A stretch of DNA of 64,000 bases from a virus (taxonomy: Duplodnaviria; Caudoviricetes), in the IMG/VR virus record IMGVR_UViG_2786546892_000007. The stretch is one strand, 5' to 3'. This document shows, piece by piece, positions 51,522 through 61,873 of this stretch. How positions within the stretch are numbered: position 1 is the stretch's first letter; every line of letters starts with the position of its first letter. The notes beneath the pieces are model-generated. The model saw only the letters and a list, made by a program, of their open reading frames with translations. It had not been told where the DNA came from and ran no database searches. The position numbers were made by a program, and so were the translations under genes.

Positions 51522-51572
51522 GGGTTTTCCTCGTTATCAAAGCTAAACGTGACTCATCAATCGGTGGGCAAT

Positions 51573-51624
51573 AGGGCATCGGGGGATCGAACCCCGTCTT
51601 TCAGCACTGCCGTCCGGCATGCCC
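51573..51624 (-). ncRNA. Mini tRNA-like element in parB leader
   Basis: GGGCAT/ATGCCC stem stacked on CGGGG-TTCGATC-CCCCG T arm. Confidence 0.4.
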
Positions 51625-51935
51625 GACGCAGCGAATGTCTCGCTGCCAGACCTTCTCCCACTACCTGATTCCGTGCCGGGCTCTCGCATCCCGGATTTCT
51701 CGCGGGCGGCACAGGGGGAGGGTTTGATTTGTCAAAGAGCAGGCGCGCGGGTATCCAGGACCGAACCTCTGGAAGGATCGGCCTGATTTGCTAAAAAGAA
51801 TTTCGCTGTTCTTAAGCTGATTGCCGCAGTGAGAGGTCTTTTGATCTCACTCTGACAAATTACATTGCAGACCGAAAGCTGGATACGAAGCTTGCTAGCA
51901 AGTACCAAGCAACCTGCACGAACGAGAGCCCCAAG

Positions 51936-52808
51936 ATGGCAGAAAAGCTAGATTCACGCACAGTTGTGCTTCATTCGGAAACGCTTAGACAACGCAAAAT
52001 TGATCTGGGCTTTTCAAATCAAACTCTTGCTACGAAAGCGAAGGTATCCCTAAGGACAATCACAAATGCCATGAATAATATTCCTATTCATTTAGAATCA
52101 TACAACCGAATTGCCGAAGCTTTGGACTATAAAAGTGAAGATAAAAGTCTATTAATTCTCAACCCTTCTGCTTCATCATTATCACAGAATTTTGCAATTA
52201 AAGTCGGTATCGTTATCACAGGCAATTTGAAATCGTTTGCCGAATCGCAAAAGGCCAGTTATTTCCTTGAACTCCTAAAGAATTTGGTTGATGCGAGCGA
52301 TGGGAAAATTCAACTAACTGGATTCGGAGAAGGGAGCGTAATTGTATATATTCAAATGGAGGAAAACGATGTCTTGAAACTCGTAAAAATGTTTCCGAAT
52401 TTTCACGAATACTCTCGTGAAGCAATTCGCAGAATGCCATACGGTGAGGCCTATTTTGGGGGAGAAGGTAGGGATAACGAAGCGGCGGTCAAGATAAGTG
52501 AAATATTAGAAGTCGCCGATTCTGTGCGAGAGTTGCGGATCGCTGCCATCAATGATCTCGATGAAGATATTCAAGACGATACTCAGCCTGGTCCTGAACC
52601 AAAACCTCGATTTCCGCAAACTACCATCGAAAACCTATTGTTACTGCCTCTCGATCTTGACGCATTGCGTGCACATTATGCCAAATTTGGCTCTCATTTG
52701 ATGATGCGGGATTACGCTTTCTTAGGGCAGCTACCGCCCAGTAAGGAGAGGGATTTTTTGCGCAATGCTCTCTGGGATTTTTTTGAAGCGTCCGGAGAGG
52801 GCATATAG
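51936..52808 (+). CDS. XRE-type HTH regulator with unknown C-terminal domain
   Basis: LGFSNQTLATKAKVSLRTITNA; AT-rich; divergent from parB. Confidence 0.75.
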   Translation: MAEKLDSRTVVLHSETLRQRKIDLGFSNQTLATKAKVSLRTITNAMNNIPIHLESYNRIAEALDYKSEDKSLLILNPSASSLSQNFAIKVGIVITGNLKSFAESQKASYFLELLKNLVDASDGKIQLTGFGEGSVIVYIQMEENDVLKLVKMFPNFHEYSREAIRRMPYGEAYFGGEGRDNEAAVKISEILEVADSVRELRIAAINDLDEDIQDDTQPGPEPKPRFPQTTIENLLLLPLDLDALRAHYAKFGSHLMMRDYAFLGQLPPSKERDFLRNALWDFFEASGEGI

Positions 52809-52963
52809 AGTGTTCTTGACCGGCGATCGTTTAGCATTCCAGCCTTTTATTGATATCGCTAAGTTGTTGACACCCCTCTTTTCCTGAGCTAATCCTTTCG
52901 CGCTCGCCCATGCTCTTTCAGGGTCGTGGGCGGGCGTTAACCCTGAAAGAAAGGATTCGCACC

Positions 52964-53698
52964 ATGGCACGCACACGAGGAAAGAAAGCCGAAGCAGAAA
53001 CACTTCCAGCCGGAGCCACCGACTTTACTCCCGCAGACTTTGATCCCGAAATGCAGCAACAGGCCGGTGATATCGTCCACGCGGTTGCAGAATCAACCCG
53101 CATCGAACCGGATGCCTACACTCCACCCGCTACTGCCTCGGGCGACCCTGGCACTGTCCGTGAGGGTGGATTCTCAAGCCAGCATGCGCCCGAAGGACGC
53201 ACTTTCGCCCCGGGCCACATCGCCAACCCGTCTTCTACCCGCCGAAGCTATTCGGAATCGGTGAATGCCCGCCGCCAAGCTGCACTCCCGGATAAGCTGT
53301 CCGTGGCCGCTGGCGACATGAAGGTCCGGCTCGTGGACAAGGGTGATAACGCCGCCGGCATCGGCATCCGTGTCGAATTCCCGGAAGGCAGTACGAACCG
53401 CCCCACCCCCGATGAGAAAGAGGTCATCCGCCGCCACATCAAAGGCGAGGAAGGCGAACAAACCGGGTTCAACTGGAACGGCTCAATGGGCATGTGGCAT
53501 AAGCCCATCGCCCGCCCGGGTGAACATGCGGATGACGTCCCGAGTGCCCGCGCGATTGCCATCCGGTTGGATGCCGAGAACCGTGTCGAGTCGCTTGCTG
53601 AAGCATTACGCGAACATGCCGCCGACCCTCTCAGCTATGCCCAGATGGTTCGCCGGCGACGCGAGGAAGCGGCCGAAGGCCAGCGGGTTCCTGACTGA
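52964..53698 (+). CDS. Hypothetical protein
   Basis: AAGGA RBS, followed by terminator. Confidence 0.7.
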   Translation: MARTRGKKAEAETLPAGATDFTPADFDPEMQQQAGDIVHAVAESTRIEPDAYTPPATASGDPGTVREGGFSSQHAPEGRTFAPGHIANPSSTRRSYSESVNARRQAALPDKLSVAAGDMKVRLVDKGDNAAGIGIRVEFPEGSTNRPTPDEKEVIRRHIKGEEGEQTGFNWNGSMGMWHKPIARPGEHADDVPSARAIAIRLDAENRVESLAEALREHAADPLSYAQMVRRRREEAAEGQRVPD

Positions 53699-53706
53699 CA
53701 TAACGA

Positions 53707-53740
53707 GAAAGCCCCGGTTCATCACCGGGGCTGTTTCTTC
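53707..53740. terminator. Intrinsic terminator hairpin
   Basis: AGCCCCGGT-tcatc-ACCGGGGCT with A/T flanks. Confidence 0.7.
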
Positions 53741-54235
53741 CTGCCTCTTATTATCACTTCGCTTTTGCTATTCGTGGTTTTCATGTCGGTGGGCGATCAC
53801 TTCCCGGACGAGGGCAATTTTCGCCTCAGCCAAAGTCAGCCTCGTGTCCATCCTTTCCAGCACGTCGTGAGAATCACGCACGAGGACAGCTGCCCATTCA
53901 GACATCGCCATCATTTTCCGCTGGGACAGATCGGTTTCGGTTGCAGCAACCATGGTAATTCCTAAGTGCGGGTTAGGGATGGGCGGCTCATACCGATTAT
54001 GCAACGGATGTGCCGGACGAAGCCGAGAGTGAGGAGGAAGTGATGAGAGCCGAGCGGCTATTCCCTAACGGTTCCCCTCTGGTCGGGCAAGTAGTTTCCA
54101 CCACGCTGCTGGCCTTTTTTCCTTTGGCAACGGACATCGACTTCAGAGCCCTGGCTGCGGAATGATAGCTGCTTGTGAATTGCTTAGTTACCCATGCCGA
54201 ATTCGATCCGCCAAACACCACTCCCGGAGCCAGCG

Positions 54236-54880
54236 ATGCCTTTGAATTCCCTCCACGACCTTTACGTGGACGAACTGAAAGACCTGTACAGTGCCGAAAA
54301 CCAACTCCTCAAAGCCCTCCCGAAGATGGCCAAAAAGGCTTCGGCACCAGAACTTAAGACCGCCTTCACGGAACACCTGGAAGTCACCCGCAAACAGGTC
54401 GAACGGCTGGAACAGATTTTCACCGAACTCGGGGTCAGCCCCAAGGGCAAGAAATGCAAGGCGATGGAAGGGCTGGTGGAAGAAGGCAAGGAAGTGCTCG
54501 AAGAGGATGGTAAACCGGAAGTGATCGACGCAGCCCTGATCGCTTGCGCCCAGCGGGTAGAGCATTACGAGATGGCCGGGTACGGTTGCGTACGGACGTT
54601 CGCCAAGCTCCTCGGATATGAAGATGCGGAGGAGCTGCTCCAGGCGACACTCGATGAAGAGGGCGAGGCCGACCAGAAGCTGACCGAACTGGCCGAGACG
54701 GTCATCAACGTCGAAGCGGAAGAGGCCGGCGATGAAGGCGATGAAGAACGGGAAGAACACGAAGAAGAAGGTGAGGGCACCGAAGAAGAGGAAGAATCTC
54801 CGGCACCGAAATCCGTGGGCAGTAACGGGGTGGCTGCGAAAGCTAGCCCCGCCAAGCCAAAGCCGCCCGGCAAAAAATAG
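54236..54880 (+). CDS. yciF: Ferritin-like DUF892 (YciE/YciF) protein with acidic tail
   Basis: ELKDLYSAENQL..ALPKMA, CKAMEGLVEE, AQRVEHYEMAGYG. Confidence 0.92.
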   Translation: MPLNSLHDLYVDELKDLYSAENQLLKALPKMAKKASAPELKTAFTEHLEVTRKQVERLEQIFTELGVSPKGKKCKAMEGLVEEGKEVLEEDGKPEVIDAALIACAQRVEHYEMAGYGCVRTFAKLLGYEDAEELLQATLDEEGEADQKLTELAETVINVEAEEAGDEGDEEREEHEEEGEGTEEEEESPAPKSVGSNGVAAKASPAKPKPPGKK

Positions 54881-55002
54881 TCCATAAGCCGAAAACCAAC
54901 CACGCCAGCAGCCCATATAGGGTTGCTGGCGTTTATCGTTTCCATCAACAAAAAGCCCCCGGCGTCGCCGAGGGCCGTCGACAATTTCACCGTTCAATCG
55001 GC

Positions 55003-55302
55003 TTAGTAGCGGTTTCCGCCACCATAGCCCCGGCTCCCACCGCTGGTGGACCGCGGCTTGTCTTCACGCGGCTTCGCTTCGTTCACGGTCAGCGTGCGGC
55101 CTTGGAATTCCCGCTCGTTCAACTGCTCGATGGCGTTCTCGGCCCCGTTGCTCATCTCCACGAACGCGAAGCCCCGGCTCCGGCCCGTTTCCCGGTCGGT
55201 TACCAAGCTGGTGCTGGTCACTTCCCCGTATTCCCCGCACAGGGTCCGGAGGTCATCCGCGGTCGTGCCAAAAGCCAGGTTCCCGACGTATAGCTTCTTC
55301 AA
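55003..55302 (-). CDS. RRM RNA-binding protein
   Basis: RNP2 LYVGNL, RNP1 RGFAFVEM, VNEAKPRE, Gly-rich tail. Confidence 0.95.
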   Translation of the reverse strand: MKKLYVGNLAFGTTADDLRTLCGEYGEVTSTSLVTDRETGRSRGFAFVEMSNGAENAIEQLNEREFQGRTLTVNEAKPREDKPRSTSGGSRGYGGGNRY

Positions 55303-55658
55303 GAATCACCTTCCGGCGACCAAAAACGGTCGCCGATGGACACAAAGCAGTCCCGGCCGGCAAGATGCCAGCGGAACGGACGCGCGAACGAGGCCAGGTA
55401 ATACGAACCTGTCCCATCAGCAGCACTTGAATGAACAATCTGGGGTATGCAGTCGAAGGGGAGGCTCAGGGTCGCGATACCAAGACAGGTCAAACGGGAG
55501 CGGAGATTAAGTTCGGCGTCTCGGGTGCGGGTCCTGCCACACCCACAGTCATTATCGGCAGACGGAGAGCGGTTTGCGAGCGAAATTTAAATAAAAAGCT
55601 CCAGTTTTCACCGGAGCCATGTCGTCTCTAGATATTTCTAGCAAAGCCGTGGTTGAAA

Positions 55659-56102
55659 TTAGCTCTTGGCCAGTCCTTCTAGCTCCGTGATGTGCCGCCG
55701 GCAGTTGGGCAGGAACTCCGACCGGAACATTACCTTGCATTCCTGATTCACATCGGCATTGGCGATGGCCGCTTCGTACTCGCTGATGCCGTGTTCTTCG
55801 CCTTTCTTAAGGGCAGAGATCACGGTGTCCGGGCCGATCACCTTTGCAGTACCCGTGACGGCGCCGGCGAAAGTGCCCCACGTCCCGGAGCTAGTCGTCG
55901 GCTCGCCCCCGAATTGCGTAACGCGGTGCTTAAGCGTGCTGACTGCGTGGACGTGTTCATCCCGGATGCGGCGGAGGTCCGATGCACCGGGTTTGCCCGC
56001 GAACTTCTCAATGGCTTGCTCGTAGGTCTCGACGGCCGAGATTTCGCCTTTAAGGAGTTGGTTAAGGGCATCGACGTCGCAGTTCTTGGCTGTCTTTTGC
56101 AT
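55659..56102 (-). CDS. PA2169/DUF2383 four-helix bundle protein
   Basis: LNQLLKGEISAVETYEQA, LKKGEEHG..EY. Confidence 0.85.
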   Translation of the reverse strand: MQKTAKNCDVDALNQLLKGEISAVETYEQAIEKFAGKPGASDLRRIRDEHVHAVSTLKHRVTQFGGEPTTSSGTWGTFAGAVTGTAKVIGPDTVISALKKGEEHGISEYEAAIANADVNQECKVMFRSEFLPNCRRHITELEGLAKS

Positions 56103-56327
56103 GTCGCCTCCTTGATGTTCGTCTCGATTTTGTGAACAGTCGGATCAATTGCAAGCGTCATGCCGAATTGGGCGTCGCCGCGATGCGGCCGTGCTGATCC
56201 GGGGTTCCGTGCCTGCGGCACCGGCTTCGCCGCCCTCCCATCACTGACGCGGGATTCCCGATCGGCCCGCGAAATGCTATCTAGCCTGCCGAAGTCCCCT
56301 CCCTTTACATCCTTAACGGAGCCCACG

Positions 56328-56540
56328 ATGCCAGTTATTTCCTTACCTGATCGGTACGCAAGCGTACGGTTTGACCGATACCCCATCGAGGCTGTAGCAG
56401 CGGTCGATGAAGATGAAGTTGACGATGACGACGAGCTAGACGATGACGAACTCGAAGACGACGAATTGGACGATGACGAACTCGACGATGAGGACGAGGA
56501 AGAAGAGGACACTGAAGAAGACGAAGAACCCGTGGGTTAA
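56328..56540 (+). CDS. Extremely acidic 70-aa protein (DDDEL repeats)
   Basis: GGAG RBS; degenerate 15-bp repeats varying mainly at synonymous positions. Confidence 0.6.
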   Translation: MPVISLPDRYASVRFDRYPIEAVAAVDEDEVDDDDELDDDELEDDELDDDELDDEDEEEEDTEEDEEPVG

Positions 56541-56568
56541 ATCGCCACGGGAAACTCCCCGGTGTCAT

Positions 56569-57240
56569 TTAACTATCTTCGCTGGCAAATGGCGAATCCC
56601 GGTAGTGGGCAAGAAGGTCCGCCGGGTCGTCGTAAATACGAATCGCCCCGCGGAGGTCCGGGTCGCCCCACCCACCGCAGCGGACGGCGACGACCCGGAT
56701 GCCGGCCTTCAATGATGCCTCCACGTCGTAAGGCGTATCCCCGAGCAGGATGACCCGTTCCGGGGGATGGCCAAGGCGGCCGAGGGCGGAATGGACGATG
56801 TCCGGATCGGGCTTCGAGTTTTCGGCATCGTCCGAAGAAGTGCTTGCCTTGATGAACTCGTCCACCCCACAGACGCGCAGGAGTGCGCCCAGTTCATCCT
56901 TCTTGGAGGAGCTTGCGACCGCTAGTTCCAACCCATCCTGTTTCATACGGGAGAGTAATTTCTTCACACCTGGGAACGCTCGGAGCGTCGGAAGATATTC
57001 CTTCCGGAAAATCTCACCCCGCCGTTTACTGACCGCTTGTCCCTTGGCCGAGTCGCCCTCAATGCCCGCTACCTCGGGCAAAAGTTTGTCGCCGCCCTTG
57101 CCGATCTTTCGGCGGACATCGGCGTACTCAACGGATATGCCAGCCTCGGCCAGCGCCTTAACCCACGAGTGGGCGTGGGCATCGTTGCTGTCGAGGAGCG
57201 TACCGTCAACATCGAGCAGCACACCTGAAGGCCGTTGCAT
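56569..57240 (-). CDS. HAD-superfamily hydrolase
   Basis: DVDGTLLDS, VASS, KPDPD, GDTPYD. Confidence 0.95.
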   Translation of the reverse strand: MQRPSGVLLDVDGTLLDSNDAHAHSWVKALAEAGISVEYADVRRKIGKGGDKLLPEVAGIEGDSAKGQAVSKRRGEIFRKEYLPTLRAFPGVKKLLSRMKQDGLELAVASSSKKDELGALLRVCGVDEFIKASTSSDDAENSKPDPDIVHSALGRLGHPPERVILLGDTPYDVEASLKAGIRVVAVRCGGWGDPDLRGAIRIYDDPADLLAHYRDSPFASEDS

Positions 57241-57535
57241 TATTCACTCCGGGAAAACGAAAGGCCCCGGTTGGAACCGGAGCCTTCAAGTTACGTTTGT
57301 TCCTGCCTTACCTAACCAGACACCCAGGCTTGGAGATGCGGTGCAAACGGTGCGCCCTTGGATCCGCAATGACATTCCGCCGGCTTGGGGATGGAAAACG
57401 TGAATGAGGACGGCGAAGACAAGCCAAAGGGCCATGAACAGCCAGGAAACTGCTTGACCGAAGATCAAAAAGGACGCAGAGTCCTCGAACGCAGGGGCAA
57501 TGAAGCCCGGCTATTGGACGACGGAGATCAAGAAG

Positions 57536-58192
57536 ATGGAAGCAACAAATAGCACATCAATCGAGATAGGGACTGTTCCTACGATCGGTGACTTCATCAG
57601 GCGGCGCAGGACTGCGCTTGGCATGACCCAATCGGAATTATGCCGAAAGCTCGGGAAGCATCAGGTCTGGGCTTCCCAACGAGAATGTGGCCACATGCCC
57701 GTGCGGAGTGAGGATGTGCCGAGTTTGGCGGATGCACTCCAGATAGATGCGATGGAACTGCGGACCATGGCAGGCATTCAGTATCAGCCAGCGGAACCCA
57801 AAGCAGAGGTAATCGCCACAGTCGTCGGCATCGTGACCGAAGAAACTGTGACAGACCATGTACTCCGTTGGCAAGTGGGTGACGACTCCATGCCGATCGA
57901 TGATTTGAGCCGTGAAGATTTGCTCGGTGCCGTTAGATCACTGTTCGAGGCCAACGGGAAGTTGCGGGCCGAGTTCGACATGGCGATGGGCGAAATAGCC
58001 AACATGTATGAGCGGAAGATTAGCTCGCTGCATCACATCCTAGCTGCCCAAGTCGAATTGGAAATTCGTGATGCGGTGCGGGACAAGATGGAGACGATCC
58101 TCGAGGCGGTGATGGCCGAGGTGGAGCGTCGGTCTCCAATGGCGGTGGAAATGGGAAAAGATAGCAAGGAGAGCACAAACAATGGACATTAA
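57536..58192 (+). CDS. XRE HTH protein with coiled-coil C-terminus
   Basis: IRRRRTALGMTQSELCRKLG...SQRECG. Confidence 0.8.
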   Translation: MEATNSTSIEIGTVPTIGDFIRRRRTALGMTQSELCRKLGKHQVWASQRECGHMPVRSEDVPSLADALQIDAMELRTMAGIQYQPAEPKAEVIATVVGIVTEETVTDHVLRWQVGDDSMPIDDLSREDLLGAVRSLFEANGKLRAEFDMAMGEIANMYERKISSLHHILAAQVELEIRDAVRDKMETILEAVMAEVERRSPMAVEMGKDSKESTNNGH

Positions 58193-58835
58193 CACAATTA
58201 CAATGGACCCGCACGCCGCATGGCTGAAGGCCCATAACTACAAAGAACGATTGGCACAGATGAAACCCAGCCTCAGTAACGCTTCGATTCGTGCAGAATA
58301 CGAGACAGCGCTCAAGGGTTTTGAGGCGCTCGCCAAGGGCACGAAGCTCATCGATCTGGACGATGTGATGGCGAACTGCCCGCTGGACTCCAAGGCAAGG
58401 CCGAAGATGGCAATCGCTCGCCACGACCGGAAGCAGGTAAAGTTCGAGTGGAATTGGTTCACGTCTAAAGCAAGATTCCACACTGACTTAGACCGGGAAT
58501 CCAGTCCACGGGAATCTCTCATCGTGCGGGTAAACATGAACCGAGAGCATTCGCAGGTTGACTCTCAGGGGCAACGTCTGCGAATGGTCAAGGGATATGG
58601 ACTTGTCCCGATGATCCCGCTGGACGTGCGCCCGAAGCCAGGCATCCCGGAGAACGCCTGCATCCTCTGGGAGGTGGAGCAGTGGGCGGATCACCGTTTA
58701 GATGTCGCGCCCGATATTGACCCCTATCTCCTCAAGCACATCACGGGTTCGCTCTACGCGGTCATCGCGGAGTGGGACTTGACGGAATTGGAAAGGTCGA
58801 TCTTGCGCGGCAGGATAACAAGTATCCTACGTTAA
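58182..58835 (+). CDS. Hypothetical phage-type protein
   Basis: LVPMIP, ILWEVEQW, DPYLLKH...AEWDLTELE. Confidence 0.7.
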   Translation: MDINTITMDPHAAWLKAHNYKERLAQMKPSLSNASIRAEYETALKGFEALAKGTKLIDLDDVMANCPLDSKARPKMAIARHDRKQVKFEWNWFTSKARFHTDLDRESSPRESLIVRVNMNREHSQVDSQGQRLRMVKGYGLVPMIPLDVRPKPGIPENACILWEVEQWADHRLDVAPDIDPYLLKHITGSLYAVIAEWDLTELERSILRGRITSILR

Positions 58836-58842
58836 CCGGATC

Positions 58843-59040
58843 ATGACCCCCACCGAACTCCGCAACCTAGGTGACAAGCACGGAAGAGGATGGCAAACCC
58901 GCCTCGCCCGTGCGGTGCCGGTCGATGTCCGCACTGTCCGCCGCTATTTGTCGGGAAAGGTCGCGATCAGACCGGTTATTGCCATGCGGATTCGACAGGT
59001 GTTTGCGGAATGGCTGAAGAGCAAGAAGTCAGAACGTTAA
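58843..59040 (+). CDS. Small HTH protein
   Basis: WQTRLARAVPVDVRTVRRYLSG. Confidence 0.75.
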   Translation: MTPTELRNLGDKHGRGWQTRLARAVPVDVRTVRRYLSGKVAIRPVIAMRIRQVFAEWLKSKKSER

Positions 59041-59250
59041 CAGACAGCAACAGTCTTATGAATGCAAAGGAGGAAGAATGAAGTTTACGGCAATAATGGC
59101 TATGGCGGTTGTTGGATTTGATTGCATCGAGAAAGCAAGTGGGTCTCAATCGCAGGTGCTATTTGCTCCAGGATATACCTGGTTATGGTGGCTCGTAGCA
59201 GCGGCCTGGTTAATTAACGCGTTGGCCATGTGTTTCGCAACGGTCGAGCT

Positions 59251-59604
59251 ATGACTGCCGACCTCAACCAACAACTCGGCGCCACCATCCGCCAGAACCG
59301 CGTCTTACTCGGCCTGTCGCAGGAAGCCCTGGGCAAAAGAATCGGCGTGACCTTCCAGCAAATCCAGAAGTACGAAAAGGGAAAGAACCAAGTCAGCTTA
59401 ACCACGCTCGTGAGGCTTGCTGAGGCCTTCGAGACCACAGTCGGGGAGTTGGTTGAATCGGCACTCGGCAAGGAGAAGCCAGAGAGTGGCGGCCTGTCCA
59501 ACCGGCAGATGCTGGAACTGCAGAAGCGGCTGGCGAAGCTGAAGCCCCACCAGTTACGTGGGATAAAGTTGTTGGTGCATAATTTGGTCGATGAAACTGA
59601 TTAA
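59251..59604 (+). CDS. XRE HTH regulator
   Basis: LSQEALGKRIGVTFQQIQKYEKGKN. Confidence 0.9.
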   Translation: MTADLNQQLGATIRQNRVLLGLSQEALGKRIGVTFQQIQKYEKGKNQVSLTTLVRLAEAFETTVGELVESALGKEKPESGGLSNRQMLELQKRLAKLKPHQLRGIKLLVHNLVDETD

Positions 59605-60000
59605 CAACCGCCCGATGGGCGGAAGGAGGAAGAATGCGAGATTTTATTATAGATCTTGCGATAGGAGTAATTATAGGCGTATCAGCACTGGGCATGTTGG
59701 CCCATGTCGTAGTTAATGAGAACGACAACCTTTGCGAAAAACAGGGATGGGTAGGTGAGGCATGTCAGTGCCGGATTCTTGACAAGAACTGGGAAAAACC
59801 ATGACCTCTCTTCTCCTATGCTGGTATTCCTTGGGTTGGGCAACTTGCGGGATTAACTTCATCGCGATGCCCGCTACGTTACGCGCTCCTTTTGTTGTTT
59901 GCATCCTGGCGTGGCTAGTGTTGATAGTAATCGCGGTTGCGGTTTGTTTGCCAATAATACCCACAGTTAACCCGTCGAAACAGTATCTCTGGAGGCGGAA

Positions 60001-60318
60001 ATGACCGCCCCGGACAGCAAGCTCATCGAGACGGTGGCTAAAGCAATCCACAAAAAACGCCAGGAACTTGGTTTTGGTGGGCATGCTACATGGGAGTATG
60101 AACCGGATTCGATTCACTTCGTGCATCGCGAAACTGCTATCGCCGCACTGGATTCCTGCCACGCCGAGGAACTGATTGAGGCGTTGCAGATTTTGTTGGA
60201 GGCGGTGCGAATGGATCTCGGCTTATTCCCCGATCAGCTGCACAAAAAGAGTGCTATCGGGAGGGTGGAGATTGTCCTCGCCAAGTTGGACGGCAAGCCG
60301 TCGGGAGGCGCCAGGTGA
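60001..60318 (+). CDS. Hypothetical phage-type protein
   Basis: IETVAKAI, ELIEALQ; GGAGG RBS. Confidence 0.6.
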   Translation: MTAPDSKLIETVAKAIHKKRQELGFGGHATWEYEPDSIHFVHRETAIAALDSCHAEELIEALQILLEAVRMDLGLFPDQLHKKSAIGRVEIVLAKLDGKPSGGAR

Positions 60319-60893
60319 CCGCCCAGGCCTTTCCTCTCACTTGGCCCGATTCCTGGCCTCGAACCACTTCCCCGGCCAAAAGCCAGTTCAAGACGAGCCT
60401 CACCGCCGCGATTGACAACGTCCAGGGATCACTCAAGCGGTTCTCTGCCGACAGCGGCAAGAAGGTCGAAAACGTCCTCGTATCCAGCAACGTCTCCCTG
60501 ATGGAGCGGAACCCGAAAGATGCCGGCGTGGCAGTTTACTTCACCTGGGACGGCATCTCGACCTGCATCGCGGTGGACCGATACCAACGCATCGAAGAGA
60601 ACCTTCAGGCTATCCACCATGTCATCGAAGCGGAGCGAACCAAGCTCCGGCATGGCGGCTTGAATCTGGTCCGAGCGGCGTTTCGCGGGTATGCCGCGTT
60701 GCCACCACCGAATTCTGGATTGTCGAACCCGTGGGAGGTATTGGGCGTAAAGGAAGGCGCAACGACCTCCGAAATTGAAGCCGCTTTCCGCGAGAAGGCG
60801 AAAAAGGCGCATCCCGATCACCAGAGCGGTAGCAACGAGCAGATGGCCAAACTTAATGCCGCGAGGGCAGAGTTGCTCAGGAGGAAGGCATGA
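60315..60893 (+). CDS. Phage-type J-domain protein
   Basis: AFPLTWPDSWPRT N-domain; C-terminal PWEVLGV...KKAHPD...LNAA. Confidence 0.88.
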   Translation: MTAQAFPLTWPDSWPRTTSPAKSQFKTSLTAAIDNVQGSLKRFSADSGKKVENVLVSSNVSLMERNPKDAGVAVYFTWDGISTCIAVDRYQRIEENLQAIHHVIEAERTKLRHGGLNLVRAAFRGYAALPPPNSGLSNPWEVLGVKEGATTSEIEAAFREKAKKAHPDHQSGSNEQMAKLNAARAELLRRKA

Positions 60894-61044
60894 TTTTCAC
60901 CTGGACAATGCTCTGCGCGAGATCCAAAGGACTGCTCGACAGAGGAGACATTTACGCATCCATCTTGGTTTGCTCCGTTGTGATCGATGCATGTCTTTTG
61001 ACAATCGCACTGCTCGCGCTCATTTAGTTGAAAGGATAACGCCC

Positions 61045-61434
61045 ATGACCGACAAACCCCTCAACTGTATAGGCATCGACACGGCGAAACAGCAGTTCGG
61101 AATACACGACTTCCGCGACTATACGACCACGAATTCATCCGCACAACCCGTGGAATTCAGGATGGAACCGTTGTCCAAAGCACTTGAGTTGCTGAAGGCT
61201 ATGCCTCCCGAAGAAGAGAGAATCGACCACGCATGCGTTGGGAAAGATTACCTGAAGATGCTGGAGAGAAACTGCGCCAGAGCTCATGAACCGCCCGTCT
61301 ACGGGGAGGAGGGTGGGATGCTTGGGCTTCTCGGCGGAACGAGATTCATCCTCGACGAAGAACTGCCACCGGACGTGTGCGAGTTCCGGAACAAGGACGA
61401 GAAGGTGCTGAGAACGCTGAGGTTGAAGCCGTGA
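61045..61434 (+). CDS. Hypothetical protein
   Basis: AAGGA RBS; GTGA coupling. Confidence 0.55.
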   Translation: MTDKPLNCIGIDTAKQQFGIHDFRDYTTTNSSAQPVEFRMEPLSKALELLKAMPPEEERIDHACVGKDYLKMLERNCARAHEPPVYGEEGGMLGLLGGTRFILDEELPPDVCEFRNKDEKVLRTLRLKP

Positions 61435-61661
61435 CCGACCGCATTCCCATCACCCGGGCGTCCCAGCTCGCTGTACTTAACCTCGAAGATATGGTGGATG
61501 CTTACCGCGATGGGTACGAAGGCAGTCACGAGCCGGGAAACAACCGGACGTTCTCGTTTTGGCATGGCTGGAGATTCGGAGCGGTGGATGGTAGGCATCA
61601 AAAGAGTGACGCAGCACAAATCGCTCTTGCCCACGATGTGGTTGAGAAGGGAGCTTTATGA
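61431..61661 (+). CDS. Hypothetical protein
   Basis: YRDG...PGNNR..SFWHGWR.G. Confidence 0.55.
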   Translation: MTDRIPITRASQLAVLNLEDMVDAYRDGYEGSHEPGNNRTFSFWHGWRFGAVDGRHQKSDAAQIALAHDVVEKGAL

Positions 61662-61873
61662 CCGATGACCCCCAATCACTGGCCGTGGAAAACGCACTTT
61701 TACGCGGAAGCCTTTTTCTGACCGCGCGCTCCCTTAAGAACTACCTCGACGCGAAACATCTCCCGACTGAATCCGGGCTGCAACTGACGGTTCCCGAAGC
61801 GATTCGAGAGAAGGCGGCAGACGCACTCGCCAGGGCAGACGGCATGCTGCGGGATAAGGGTCGGGGACGGTGA
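61658..61873 (+). CDS. Hypothetical protein
   Basis: GGAG RBS, ATGA overlap. Confidence 0.55.
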   Translation: MTDDPQSLAVENALLRGSLFLTARSLKNYLDAKHLPTESGLQLTVPEAIREKAADALARADGMLRDKGRGR

